Part shown: positions 42,385 to 52,848 of the stretch, piece after piece
Layout of the letters: every line of letters starts with the position of its first letter
How positions within the stretch are numbered: position 1 is the first letter of the stretch
DNA from: an uncultured Clostridium sp.
Lineage (GTDB): Bacteria > Bacillota > Clostridia > TANB77 > CAG-508
Reading direction: 5' to 3'
DNA length: 64,000 nt
NCBI GenBank assembly: GCA_902462295.1
Contig: CABQAZ010000002.1
Span: 66,151-130,150 of the forward strand
Made by a program: the position numbers and the translations under genes
Notes under the pieces: model-generated
The model's database searches: none
What the model was told of the DNA's origin: nothing
Seen by the model: the letters and a program-made list of their open reading frames with translations, nothing else

Positions 42385-42936
42385 TTATCTTTCCTCCTTT
42401 ATCAACTTTTTAATATAATCAATTATTTCTTTATTTTGTGGAAGTTTTCCTTTAGCTTCATCTCCACAAGCAAGATGTCCTACAGTTGGTTCAATAATTT
42501 TGTATCCATATAATTTTAATTTTTCTAAATTGTTTTGTACTATTGGATTTTCATACATTCCATTATTCATTGCTGGTGCAAATATAACTGTTGATTTTGT
42601 TGCCATAATAGTTGTAGAAAGCATATCATCCGCTATTCCATTAGCTACTTTTCCAATTATATTAGCAGTTGCTGGAACTACTAAAAATATATCTGCTTTT
42701 TTGGCTAGACTAATGTGTTTTACATCAATATAATCTGGTCTTTCAAACATATCTGTAATTACTTTATTACCAGATAAAGTTTCCAATGTTAAAGGTGTAA
42801 TAAATTTACAAGCATTCTTAGTCATAATTATATCTACATTGGCACCTTGCTGTTTTAGGTAACTAATAATTCCACAAGTTTTATAAACTGCAATTCCTCC
42901 AGTTACTCCTATAACGATATTTAAATTTTCAAACAT
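42385..42936 (-). CDS. coaC: Phosphopantothenoylcysteine decarboxylase (stand-alone CoaC flavoprotein)
   Basis: 183 aa. GVTGGIAVYK...PAMNxxM motif of the HFCD family. Confidence 0.8.
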   Translation of the reverse strand: MFENLNIVIGVTGGIAVYKTCGIISYLKQQGANVDIIMTKNACKFITPLTLETLSGNKVITDMFERPDYIDVKHISLAKKADIFLVVPATANIIGKVANGIADDMLSTTIMATKSTVIFAPAMNNGMYENPIVQNNLEKLKLYGYKIIEPTVGHLACGDEAKGKLPQNKEIIDYIKKLIKEER

Positions 42937-43026
42937 ATTTATTCCTCCCTTTCAGTTACATTTTATCTCAAGCATATTGATAAGTAAAATATATTTATGC
43001 TATAATGTTCATAAGGAGGGCTTATA

Positions 43027-43896
43027 ATGAATGTAGATTTAGAATTATATAGAGTTTTTTATGTAGTTGCTAAAAATAAGCATATGACAAAAGCCAGTGA
43101 AGAATTGCACATATCTCAACCTGCAATATCTCAGTCAATAAAAAAATTAGAAATGCAATTAGATGGCACATTGTTTTTAAGGAGTAATAAAGGTATGGAA
43201 CTTACTGAAGAGGGCAAAATGTTTTATGAATATGTTAAAGGAGCCCTTGAACTTATTAACAATGCAGAAAATAAATTTACATTGTTTAAAGATTTATCAA
43301 AAGGAGAAATAAAAATCGGATGTTCAACAACTTTAACTAAATTAATTTTGATAAATTCTTTAAAACATTTTCATAGTGATTATCCAAATATAAATATTAA
43401 TATAATAAATGATTTAACTAGCAACCTAATAACTGATTTAAAATTAGGTAAACTAGATTTTGTTATTTTTAATGAAAGTAATATTAAAGAAACAAATTTA
43501 AATCTAGAAAAATTAAAAGAATTAAAACAAGGATTTATTTACAATCCAAAGTTTTATGATGACCGTGTTGTAAATTTTGAAGACTTAAACAATTATCCAC
43601 TTATTTTACAAAAAGAAGAATCAAATAGTAGAAAATTACTAGATTACATTGCACTTCAAAATAATGTTAAACTAATTCCTAAAATGGAAGTTGTTAGTCA
43701 AGAATTAATTACAGAATTCGTAAATATTGGTTTAGGGATTGGTTTTGTAATTATAGATTTAGCAAAAAGGAATTTTAAAACTATAAATGAACTAAATATA
43801 AATAAAGTAATACCAAATATAAATATATATTTAGCAACCAATAAATCTGTTTCACCTACATTTGCATGTAAAACATTTTTAAAATATTTGAGATAA
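43027..43896 (+). CDS. LysR-family transcriptional regulator
   Basis: N-terminal HTH ...HMTKASEELHISQPAISQSIKKLE. 289 aa. Confidence 0.85.
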   Translation: MNVDLELYRVFYVVAKNKHMTKASEELHISQPAISQSIKKLEMQLDGTLFLRSNKGMELTEEGKMFYEYVKGALELINNAENKFTLFKDLSKGEIKIGCSTTLTKLILINSLKHFHSDYPNININIINDLTSNLITDLKLGKLDFVIFNESNIKETNLNLEKLKELKQGFIYNPKFYDDRVVNFEDLNNYPLILQKEESNSRKLLDYIALQNNVKLIPKMEVVSQELITEFVNIGLGIGFVIIDLAKRNFKTINELNINKVIPNINIYLATNKSVSPTFACKTFLKYLR

Positions 43897-43967
43897 TTTG
43901 TTGTCTTACAAACCAAAAAGCTACCATTAATAGGTAGCTTTTTGGTTATAAAATTTACCTTACTATT

Positions 43968-45572
43968 TTAAAAATGTTTACCTTTTCTTTTCACTTTATT
44001 GTTTTTTTCATCTTCATTCTCTTTATTGTCTTCTTTTTCTTCTTCTATTTCTGTAACTTCCCCAAGTTCTTGATGTTCAGCAAGCGCTTTATCTAATTCA
44101 TCTCCTCCTGGTAGGTCTATATTCTCTTCATTCTTTTTTTCTTTTGCTATTTTTATTTTTAATATTATTGCTATTATTATAAATATAATTAAAACAACTA
44201 TTAATATTACTTTTATTATTTCTTCTCTTCCCCATGTTGATGGTTTAAGCCAACTCATTTTTTCTTCTTCTGCTAAGCTTTTGTTAACAATTATTTGGTA
44301 TGTTGCTGTCTTATCTTCTTTTTCATTTCTTACTAAGATTGTTATTGTATTTTCACCTAATGCTAATTCTTCATTTCCATATATTTCGACTGTTGTATCA
44401 TCATCTGTTGCGATTGTTCTTATATCTAGTGTACTTAAATCTTCGGTTAAATCTACTTTATATTCATATGTTCCAGTTTCAAAACTTGGATTTAATGTTA
44501 CACCACTTATTTCTAATGATGACAATCCAAATTCACCATCTGAATCGTTTGCTACAGATGTAGTCCCATCTCCTCTTGTTACTTCTATTGTATATGTCTT
44601 TTTTGTTCCATTTTCTGCTGTTACTTCAATATTTATATTATTTTTTCCCTCTTTTAATGATTTTTTTCCTATTCCTGCTATTTGTGCTTTTGTATCTGTT
44701 GCTTCTGCATATATTTCTATTTCTTTTACATCTTTTGGAACCTGTACACTATAATTTGTTTTATCTTTTTGAAAACCTGAAAAATCATATTTTTCTGGTT
44801 TTATTCCCAAACTTTTTAAACTTGCATCTCCTGATGTATCTTCTGTTTGTGTTTCTTCAGCTGTTTTTCTTTTTATTGTTAATGTATATGTTTTTGTGTT
44901 TCCTGCTTCTGCAGTTACTGTTAATGTTACTTTTTTACTTTCTCCCTCATTTAATGATACATCTCCTGTTCCAGTAACTTTTGCTTTCGAATCTAACGGA
45001 CTTGCATATACATTTACTTTTGAAACATTATTAGGTATTTCTACACTATAGTCTGTTTTGTCTCTTTTAAATCCACTAAAATCATTTGGCTTTATTCCTA
45101 AATTTTTTAATCTTGCTTCTGTTGATTTTGATGCTGTTGTGTTGCCACCTGTTGTACCATTACCTGAATTGTTTGAATCAGAAGCTGTTGTATCTTTTGC
45201 TTTAACCGTTACTGATTTTTGAGCAGATACATCAACATATTGTCCATTTAAAACTGCTGATGAATCAGATGTAACTTGAACATTAATAGTTCCCTCTTTT
45301 TCACATTTAAATGTTGCTGAATTCGAATAAGTATTAACTTGACCTGCTAAGCTCCCATCAACAACTTTAATTTTTCCTGACACTACTCCTGTAACATCCG
45401 CAGTAACAGACGATGTATGAACATTCGGAACTGTTACAGTTATTTTTACTTCATCTCCTACTTTAGGTTCACTAGGTGATATTGTTATGCTTGTTGCACT
45501 TGCCTTATCACTTATTAATATTATTCCTATAAAGAATATTATACTTATACATAACTTTTTTAATTTGTTCAC
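43968..45572 (-). CDS. Surface/membrane protein with N-terminal signal peptide, three cadherin-like beta-sandwich repeats, C-terminal TM and acidic tail
   Basis: A repeating unit of about 90 aa, LKxLGIKPxxxxFSGFxxDKTxYSVxVP...TYTLTIKR/TYTIEVTR. Confidence 0.55.
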   Translation of the reverse strand: MNKLKKLCISIIFFIGIILISDKASATSITISPSEPKVGDEVKITVTVPNVHTSSVTADVTGVVSGKIKVVDGSLAGQVNTYSNSATFKCEKEGTINVQVTSDSSAVLNGQYVDVSAQKSVTVKAKDTTASDSNNSGNGTTGGNTTASKSTEARLKNLGIKPNDFSGFKRDKTDYSVEIPNNVSKVNVYASPLDSKAKVTGTGDVSLNEGESKKVTLTVTAEAGNTKTYTLTIKRKTAEETQTEDTSGDASLKSLGIKPEKYDFSGFQKDKTNYSVQVPKDVKEIEIYAEATDTKAQIAGIGKKSLKEGKNNINIEVTAENGTKKTYTIEVTRGDGTTSVANDSDGEFGLSSLEISGVTLNPSFETGTYEYKVDLTEDLSTLDIRTIATDDDTTVEIYGNEELALGENTITILVRNEKEDKTATYQIIVNKSLAEEEKMSWLKPSTWGREEIIKVILIVVLIIFIIIAIILKIKIAKEKKNEENIDLPGGDELDKALAEHQELGEVTEIEEEKEDNKENEDEKNNKVKRKGKHF

Positions 45573-45582
45573 ATTAACTCTC

Positions 45583-47100
45583 CTATTCCTTTAATATTAT
45601 TTGTATCATCAAATACATATCCATTGAATCTATTTTTCCATCTGTATTTAAATCTATACTTTTCTTTTGATTTTCATCTAACTGAATATTTCCTAGTATA
45701 TATTGTATTATATAATACATATCCATTGAATCTACTTTTCCATCTCCAGTAATATCACCATTTGCTGTATTTGTATTATTATCTGGCTGGCTTGGTGTTT
45801 CTTCATTTACAGGAACTAAATATAATTTATATGTTGCTTCTGAATCATAAGTCTGTCTAGCAGCATATCCTTTAGTTCCATCAGCTTTCATAACATAATC
45901 CCAATAAGTTCCATCAACTTTGTCTGTTGCCTTAACTAATCTTGTAACAATTTCATCTTTATAAACACTTGCTATTTTATTTGCTGATTTTTTAGGTTCA
46001 CTTCTTAAGTATAACGAATTTGTTACATTAACCTTTACCAAATCAGTAGTTGTTGGTAGATTAGATGAAGATGTTGAAGGTCTTCCTGCTACTGATGTTG
46101 GCATATTTTTATATAAAGGTATTATAAAAGTATATTCTGCGTCAACAGAACCAACACTTTCAAAAGTTTTCCTTAAAGTTTGCCCCTCATTTTGTGCAGC
46201 TAAAATATTTTGCATATATTGATGCCAATACAAATTCCCATCTGAATTTTCAACATCAAATTTTTGAAAATATAATGTATCTTGTCCTCTAGAAATATAA
46301 CTTTGAACAATTATTTCAGTTCCACCTGTAATTGAGCTTTCTAATGAAGTCCACCCATATGATTGTGCTCTTTTTAACCCATTTAAAATAACATTTTCTT
46401 TTCCACTTCCACTTGCACCTATATTGAACACATTATAGTAACCTACATATTGCCCATTATATCCTTTTCCCTCTGATAATGTTGAACCGTTTTTTCCTTG
46501 TTCTTGTAAAATTCTTGCAACTATATAATATGCATTAACATCGTATTTTTTTGCAGATTCCATAATTGTATTTATATATGATTCATTATTCAAAAATGTA
46601 CCATTAACCATTTTTCTTATTGTTTGAACATTACAGTCACTATATGATAATTGCATAAATTGAAATACATCTGAATAATTTGTGGAATTTCTTGGGTCAA
46701 TCATATATGCTATTGCAGATTCTGATGCACAATGCCAGTTTCCACTATCATATGTTTTACCTGTTCCACATGCCTTACAAATCCATTCTCCATCATATTT
46801 GCTATTATTAGCTGGAACTAAATTTCTTGGAGAACTTCCATGTCCTACATATTCATTTGCAATAACGTCATTCCATTCAATGTCTGTATATAATATCTTA
46901 AAATTCCAGTTTGGATGTTGATTTTTTAGCGTTTGTATCATTTCTTTTATTTGTGGATATTGATTTGAATTAATTGAATTAATATCTGTAGTTGTTGTTT
47001 GATTTATTGCATAAGATTTATTTCCACAGATTAGACTTATAATTATATATGTAATCATTAATATAAAAATTATTAATGTTTTTCTAACGTGTTTTTTCAT
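45583..47100 (-). CDS. Secreted N-acetylglucosaminidase (GH73-like) with SH3b-like domain and C-terminal type-I dockerin
   Basis: Signal peptide, glucosaminidase block (YYIVARILQEQG), and a duplicated Ca-binding dockerin segment DITGDGKVDSMDMYYII ... DLNTDGKIDSMDMYLMI. Confidence 0.6.
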   Translation of the reverse strand: MKKHVRKTLIIFILMITYIIISLICGNKSYAINQTTTTDINSINSNQYPQIKEMIQTLKNQHPNWNFKILYTDIEWNDVIANEYVGHGSSPRNLVPANNSKYDGEWICKACGTGKTYDSGNWHCASESAIAYMIDPRNSTNYSDVFQFMQLSYSDCNVQTIRKMVNGTFLNNESYINTIMESAKKYDVNAYYIVARILQEQGKNGSTLSEGKGYNGQYVGYYNVFNIGASGSGKENVILNGLKRAQSYGWTSLESSITGGTEIIVQSYISRGQDTLYFQKFDVENSDGNLYWHQYMQNILAAQNEGQTLRKTFESVGSVDAEYTFIIPLYKNMPTSVAGRPSTSSSNLPTTTDLVKVNVTNSLYLRSEPKKSANKIASVYKDEIVTRLVKATDKVDGTYWDYVMKADGTKGYAARQTYDSEATYKLYLVPVNEETPSQPDNNTNTANGDITGDGKVDSMDMYYIIQYILGNIQLDENQKKSIDLNTDGKIDSMDMYLMIQIILKE

Positions 47101-47258
47101 TTCTTACACCTCTTTTGTTAATCTATTTTTTTCATCTTTTTCTTGTATTTTTCAACATTAGTATATCATTCTTCTTCCTTTTTAGTCAACCTTGGACAGC
47201 ATTTTTTTTATTACATTTGTGTTACAAACAATTTTATGTTATAATGAAAAAGAAAAAA

Positions 47259-47330
47259 TGCACCTCTGGGACCGGGTATTTTCGGTGCATTTTATTTTTT
47301 GCCCCGAAAATACCCGGTCCCAGAGGTGCA
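47259..47330. repeat. Palindromic intergenic repeat, copy 1: perfect 27-bp inverted repeat TGCACCTCTGGGACCGGGTATTTTCGG / 18-nt loop
   Basis: Read directly. Lies in the 5' leader of the U32 peptidase gene, 27 nt before its start codon. Confidence 0.85.
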
Positions 47331-47356
47331 ATCTTTATATAAAAAGGAGCTTATAA

Positions 47357-49794
47357 TGATAGAATTATTGTCACCTGTTGGTGATTTTGAATGTTTAAAA
47401 TCTGCTGTACAAAATGGTGCAGACACAGTATATTTTGGTGCAAGTTCTTTTAGTGCAAGAGCATTCGCATCTAATTTTGATGATAAAAATTTAGAAAAAG
47501 CAATTACATATGCAAGAATCAGAGGAGTAAAAACAAATTTAACTCTAAATACACTAATAAAAAATGATGAAATGTCTGAAGCTATTGAATTAGCACGAAA
47601 AGCTTATAATTATGGTATTTCTGCAATAATTGTTCAGGATTTAGGCCTAGCACGTTATTTAATAAAAAATTTTCCTGGATTAGCTGTCCATGCTAGTACA
47701 CAATTAACTGTTCATAATTTAGATGGTGTATTAAAATTGCAAGAAATGGGGTTTTCACGTGTTGTACTTTCTCGTGAGCTATCTTTAAATGAAATTGAAT
47801 ATATTTGTAAAAATTCAAATGTAGAAATTGAAGTATTTGTTCATGGTGCTTTATGTATTTCATATTCAGGACAATGCTTATTTTCAAGTATGATTGGAGG
47901 ACGTTCTGGAAATCGTGGTAAATGTGCTCAACCCTGCCGACTTCCTTATGAATTAATTTCTACACAATCACCAAATATTTCATGCAGTCAAAACTTATCT
48001 TATTCCTCACTTGAGCATGGTTATCTATTAAGTCCACGTGACTTATGTGGTTTAGATTACTTACCTGAACTTATAAAATCTGGTATTACTTGTTTAAAAA
48101 TAGAGGGTAGAATGAAAACTCCTGAATATGTAGGTACAGTTACAAGAATTTACCGTAAATATCTAGATTTAGCCTTATCTAATCCATCATCTTACAAAAT
48201 AGATAACCAAGATAAACAAGATTTATTACAAGTATTTAATCGTGGTGGATTTTCAGATGGTCATCTAAGTTCAACACCTAACAAAAACTTAGTTTATCCA
48301 AAGAAATCTAATAATATGGGATTATTTCTTGGAACAATTTCTAATTTTAATACTAACAAAGGATATATATCTTTTACAACTTCTAATCCTATATCTATTG
48401 GTGATAAAATTGGAATTGAAAACAAAAAAAATGAAACATCTTTATATACAATCTCCGAATTAATGATTAATAATAAAAATGTTCCTCACGCCTTTGCTGG
48501 TGACAAAGTAAAAATTGGTAGAATGAAAGGTGATATTTTTATAGGTAATAAACTTTATAAAATGTCAGATAAACAATTATCTTCTAAGACTCTTGATTTG
48601 CTTAATAAAGAAAATCGAAAAATCAATCTACATTGCAAATTAATTGTAAAGAAAGATTTTCCTGTTGAGTTACTTTTATCAGATTCAAATGGAATTAATG
48701 TAAAAATCACATCAGATATAATTCCTGAAATAGCTGAAAAATCTCCTATCACTAAAGAACGCCTAATAAGCCAAATTTCCAAAACTAATAATACCCCTTT
48801 TCAATTTACTGATATTGAAATTGACTTAGATAGTGGATTATTTATTAAGGGAATTAGTAATATAAATGAACTTAGAAGACAAGCTCTTATTAAATATGAA
48901 GAAGAATTAGTTCATTCTTTTAAAAGAAATTTAAACATAACGCCCAAAAAAGTAATGAATATGAATCCAACTAATAATACTAAACAATCTAAAAAAACTA
49001 GTATTTTACTTAATTTGCTTAATTTAGATTTAGATTATACTAATTTACAAAATATTGATAATATATATATTCCTTTTAAATATTTTATTTTAAAAGATTT
49101 TACATGTATTTTAAAAGACATTACTAATAATTTTAATACATATATTTATATGCCTACAATTATCAGAAAAAATTATCATAAATTAATAAAACAAAATTTG
49201 CCAAATATTTTGAAAAATTATCAGATAAAGGGATTTGTACTTTCAAACATTGGAAATTTTGAATTGTTGAAAGATTATAAAAAAGACTACGAATTTATTT
49301 GTAATTATACTTTTAATGTTTTTAATAATTTAACTCTAGATGAATTACCTTGCAATACTGTTACTTTATCACCAGAATTAAACAAGTTAAATATTTTAGA
49401 TTTTCCAAATTCTCCAGATATTTTTAATAAACATATTGAATTAATAATTTATGGAAGAACACCTTTAATGAATTCTAACTATTGTTTACTTGGAAAATCA
49501 AATAAATGCTATTCTTCTTGTTCTCACTTATGTAATTCTTCTAATAAATTTTATTTAAAGGATAGACTTGGTTTTTTATTTAGAATTATACCTGATAATA
49601 TCGAAACTGTAACAACTATTTATAATAGTAAGATTACTTCTATTGAGCATAAAGACATTAATGTTAATTCTATAAGATTTGACTTTTTGGATGAATCTGT
49701 AGAAGAAATAAATTCTATTATAAATTCTACAAAGTCTGGTTCTAAGCTTGAGGGTAACGATTTTACTAATGGTAATTTTAATAGAGAAATTTAA
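47357..49794 (+). CDS. Peptidase U32 family protein (collagenase-like, long form with DUF3656-type C-terminal region)
   Basis: Start at MIELLSPVGDFECLKSAV, which has AAAAAGGAG. U32 signature ExxxxCxxGxCxxS region (EVFVHGALCISYSGQCLFSS). Confidence 0.8.
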
Positions 49795-49800
49795 TAAATT

Positions 49801-49873
49801 TGCACGTCTGGGACCGGGTATTTTAGGTTCAAAAAATAAATTGCCCCTAAAATACCCGGTCCCAGACGTGCAC
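49801..49873. repeat. Palindromic intergenic repeat, copy 2: 27-bp inverted repeat, 19-nt loop
   Basis: TGCACGTCTGGGACCGGGTATTTTAGG ... CCTAAAATACCCGGTCCCAGACGTGCA, between convergent U32 and dxs. Confidence 0.85.
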
Positions 49874-49879
49874 ACAAAC

Positions 49880-51745
49880 TCAAATCTCTTTTTCAACATT
49901 CAATCCATACAATTTTTCTAATTCCTCTACACTACCATGTCTTATAAATTTATCTGGATATGCATAAGATTTAAATTTTATATTCTGTAAGCCATTATCA
50001 ACAATTAATTCTTTTACAGCAGTTGCAAGACCATTTATCTCTGTTCCATCTTCTATAGTAATAACATTTTTTGTTTCACTAATACTATTCAAAATCGTAA
50101 ATTTATCCAATGGTTTCAAAAATCTTGCATTAATAACTTCTGTTCTATATCCAAGCTCAATTTCAAGTTTTCTCGCCATTTTCATAGCTTTTGCTACCAT
50201 CTTACCTATCGCAATTATAGTTACATCTTTAATTATATTTTTTTCTTTAGTTTCATCTATCTTTTTTAATATCTCAGCCTTTCCAAGTATAATCTCATCA
50301 TGTTTATCAAAATTTACCTTAGTAGATTCTCCTCCTCTAGGATATCTTATAACTACCGGCTTTTTTAATTTAATTGCAAATTCAAGCATATCTTCTAACT
50401 CTTTAAAATCCTTTGGTGCCATAATTGTTAAATTTGGAATTAATCTAAAAAACGCCATATCTAAAGTCCCTTGGTGAGTCTCTCCATCTGCCCCGACTAC
50501 ACCTGCTCTATCCACACACATAACAACATGTAAGTTTTGCATAGCAACATCATGAATAACTTGGTCATATGCTCTTTGGTAAAAAGATGAATATATTGGA
50601 ACAACTGGTATCATTCCCTCTTTTGCCATTCCCGCAGACATTGTAATTGCATGTTGTTCTGCTATTCCCACATCAAAAAATCTATATGGAAATTCCTTAG
50701 CAAAGTCTCCAAGTCCTGTCCCTGCTTTCATAGAAGCTGTTACAGCAACAATCTTGTCATTCAATTTTGCAAGTTCAACCAACTTATCTCCAAAGACTTT
50801 GGAATAATCTTTTCCTTTAGCTTTATTTAGTTCTCCTGTTTTTATATTAAATGGTGAAGTTGCATGAAATTTATCTGGATTTTTTTCAGCAAATTCATAA
50901 CCTTTCCCTTTTTTAGTTAATACATGTATTAACACAGGACCCTTTACTTGTTTACTCATTGTTAATATACTTTCAAGCTTTTCAATATTATGTCCATCTA
51001 CTGGTCCTAAATATGTAAATCCAATATCTTCAAAAAACATTTTATGTATTATCAACTGTTTTATTGCTCTTTTTATTTTTTGTACAACTTTTACTGTTGA
51101 TTTTCCAATCAAAGGTATTGAACTTATATGTTCTTTTACCAAATTATTAGTTCTTGTATATAATTTTTTTGTTCTTAATTTTCCTAAAAATTTATTCAAA
51201 CCTCCAACATTTGGAGATATACTCATTTCATTATCATTTAGTATTACTGTCATTTTACATCTACTATATCCTGCATCATTTAAAGCCTCTAATGCCATTC
51301 CTCCAGTTAATGCTCCATCTCCAATTACTGCAATAACTTCATTATCTTTCCCTTTTAAATCTCTTGCCCTTGCCATTCCAAGAGCAGAAGATATCGAAGT
51401 ACTACTATGTCCTGTATTAAAACAATCAGACTCACTTTCATTTGTTTTTGGAAACCCTGCAATTCCATTTAACTTTCTTATATTTTTTAATTCTTCTCTT
51501 CTTCCTGTAATAATTTTATGTACATAACTTTGATGTCCAACATCCCAAATTATTTTATCATTTGGGACATCAAATATAGAATGTAATGCTATTGTTAATT
51601 CTACTACCCCTAAATTAGAAGCTAAATGTCCTCCATTTTTTGCGACTATTTCTATTATATATTTTCTTATTTCTTCTGCTAATTCTTGCTTTTGTTTTAA
51701 TGTTAATTTTTTTACATCTTTTGGTGTATTTATTTGTTCTAACAT
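49880..51745 (-). CDS. dxs: 1-deoxy-D-xylulose-5-phosphate synthase
   Basis: Start at MLEQINTPKDVKKL, which has GGAGAGAAGAGG. ThDP motif GDGALTGG. Confidence 0.9.
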   Translation of the reverse strand: MLEQINTPKDVKKLTLKQKQELAEEIRKYIIEIVAKNGGHLASNLGVVELTIALHSIFDVPNDKIIWDVGHQSYVHKIITGRREELKNIRKLNGIAGFPKTNESESDCFNTGHSSTSISSALGMARARDLKGKDNEVIAVIGDGALTGGMALEALNDAGYSRCKMTVILNDNEMSISPNVGGLNKFLGKLRTKKLYTRTNNLVKEHISSIPLIGKSTVKVVQKIKRAIKQLIIHKMFFEDIGFTYLGPVDGHNIEKLESILTMSKQVKGPVLIHVLTKKGKGYEFAEKNPDKFHATSPFNIKTGELNKAKGKDYSKVFGDKLVELAKLNDKIVAVTASMKAGTGLGDFAKEFPYRFFDVGIAEQHAITMSAGMAKEGMIPVVPIYSSFYQRAYDQVIHDVAMQNLHVVMCVDRAGVVGADGETHQGTLDMAFFRLIPNLTIMAPKDFKELEDMLEFAIKLKKPVVIRYPRGGESTKVNFDKHDEIILGKAEILKKIDETKEKNIIKDVTIIAIGKMVAKAMKMARKLEIELGYRTEVINARFLKPLDKFTILNSISETKNVITIEDGTEINGLATAVKELIVDNGLQNIKFKSYAYPDKFIRHGSVEELEKLYGLNVEKEI

Positions 51746-51825
51746 CCTCTTCTCTCCTATTCGTGTATATTTTATCATATTTATTTTGATTTTCATATAG
51801 TTTATTAAAAGAAAAAAAAACATTT

Positions 51826-51930
51826 TGCACGTTTGGGACCGGGTATTTTAGGGGCAATTTTTCGTAAAAACCAAAAAGAACCAGGTTTTTGAAGTACTAT
51901 TGCACCTAAAATACCCGGTCCCAAACGTGC
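51826..51930. repeat. Palindromic intergenic repeat, copy 3: 26/27-bp arms separated by a 52-nt loop that contains its own small hairpin
   Basis: TGCACGTTTGGGACCGGGTATTTTAGG ... CCTAAAATACCCGGTCCCAAACGTGC. The right arm abuts the stop codon of the upstream M23 gene. Confidence 0.8.
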
Positions 51931-52787
51931 TATTTCAAATAAATAGATGGGTCTAAATATTCTCCATCTTTTAATAATTCAAAGTGTACATGGCAATCCA
52001 TACTACTTTCAAAAGATGCTGTATTACCTGCTGTTCCTATAGTCTGTCCTTGTGTAACCTCTTCTCCCTCAACAACAAATTCAGCAGTCAACAAATTTGA
52101 ATAAACTGTTTCGTAACCATCATCATGTTCTATTACAACAGTAAGACCATATCTAGGATCATTTACTATTGACTTTACAATTCCATCCGCAGATGATTTT
52201 ATTACACTAGTTTTATCTGCTTTTATGTCTATTGCTGTATGTGTTATCCATTCTTTTAATGTTTCTGAATAAATCAAATTTTCCTTTGCATATTCACAAA
52301 TTATTTCACCCTCTGTTGGTTTTATAAATGTTATATCTTTTTTTGTCTCTTCACTTTTTGATGTTGCATTTGTATCAGCTTTATCAACATCATTCTTTTC
52401 TTTTGTTGATTTATCTGATTCTTCTGTCTTTGTGTTTTTTACGTTTTGGGTTGTATTTTCTACTTTTGCCGAATTATTTGTATTTGTTGAATTTGAATTA
52501 TTAGTAACATTTTCTGCATTTGTCATCTCTATATTTTGTACATTTTCATCTTCGTTATTCATTGTTGCTTCTTGTTCCTGAACTGTTTTCCCCATTTCTG
52601 TACTTGCACTTTCCGAATTTTCAACAACCTGACTTTCTTGAATTGTTTGTCCTTTTTGTATTTTATTAGCAGTTCTGCTCATCATATACATAATTATTCC
52701 TAAAGCTATTGCAAATATAAAAAATATAACTGTTCCAACATATATATATATATTGTCATTTTCTAAAAATCTTTTTCCTCTTTTCAT
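51930..52787 (-). CDS. spoIIQ: SpoIIQ-like membrane-anchored M23/LytM peptidase with intact HxxxD and HxH motifs
   Basis: N-terminal TM, Asn/Thr-rich linker, LytM domain (HTAIDI ... CHVHFE). Adjacent to spoIID. Confidence 0.6.
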   Translation of the reverse strand: MKRGKRFLENDNIYIYVGTVIFFIFAIALGIIMYMMSRTANKIQKGQTIQESQVVENSESASTEMGKTVQEQEATMNNEDENVQNIEMTNAENVTNNSNSTNTNNSAKVENTTQNVKNTKTEESDKSTKEKNDVDKADTNATSKSEETKKDITFIKPTEGEIICEYAKENLIYSETLKEWITHTAIDIKADKTSVIKSSADGIVKSIVNDPRYGLTVVIEHDDGYETVYSNLLTAEFVVEGEEVTQGQTIGTAGNTASFESSMDCHVHFELLKDGEYLDPSIYLK

Positions 52788-52848
52788 AAAATCCTCCTTG
52801 ATTAACTTTATTAATACAAGTATTTACTTTTTTTCAAAGATTATTCAT

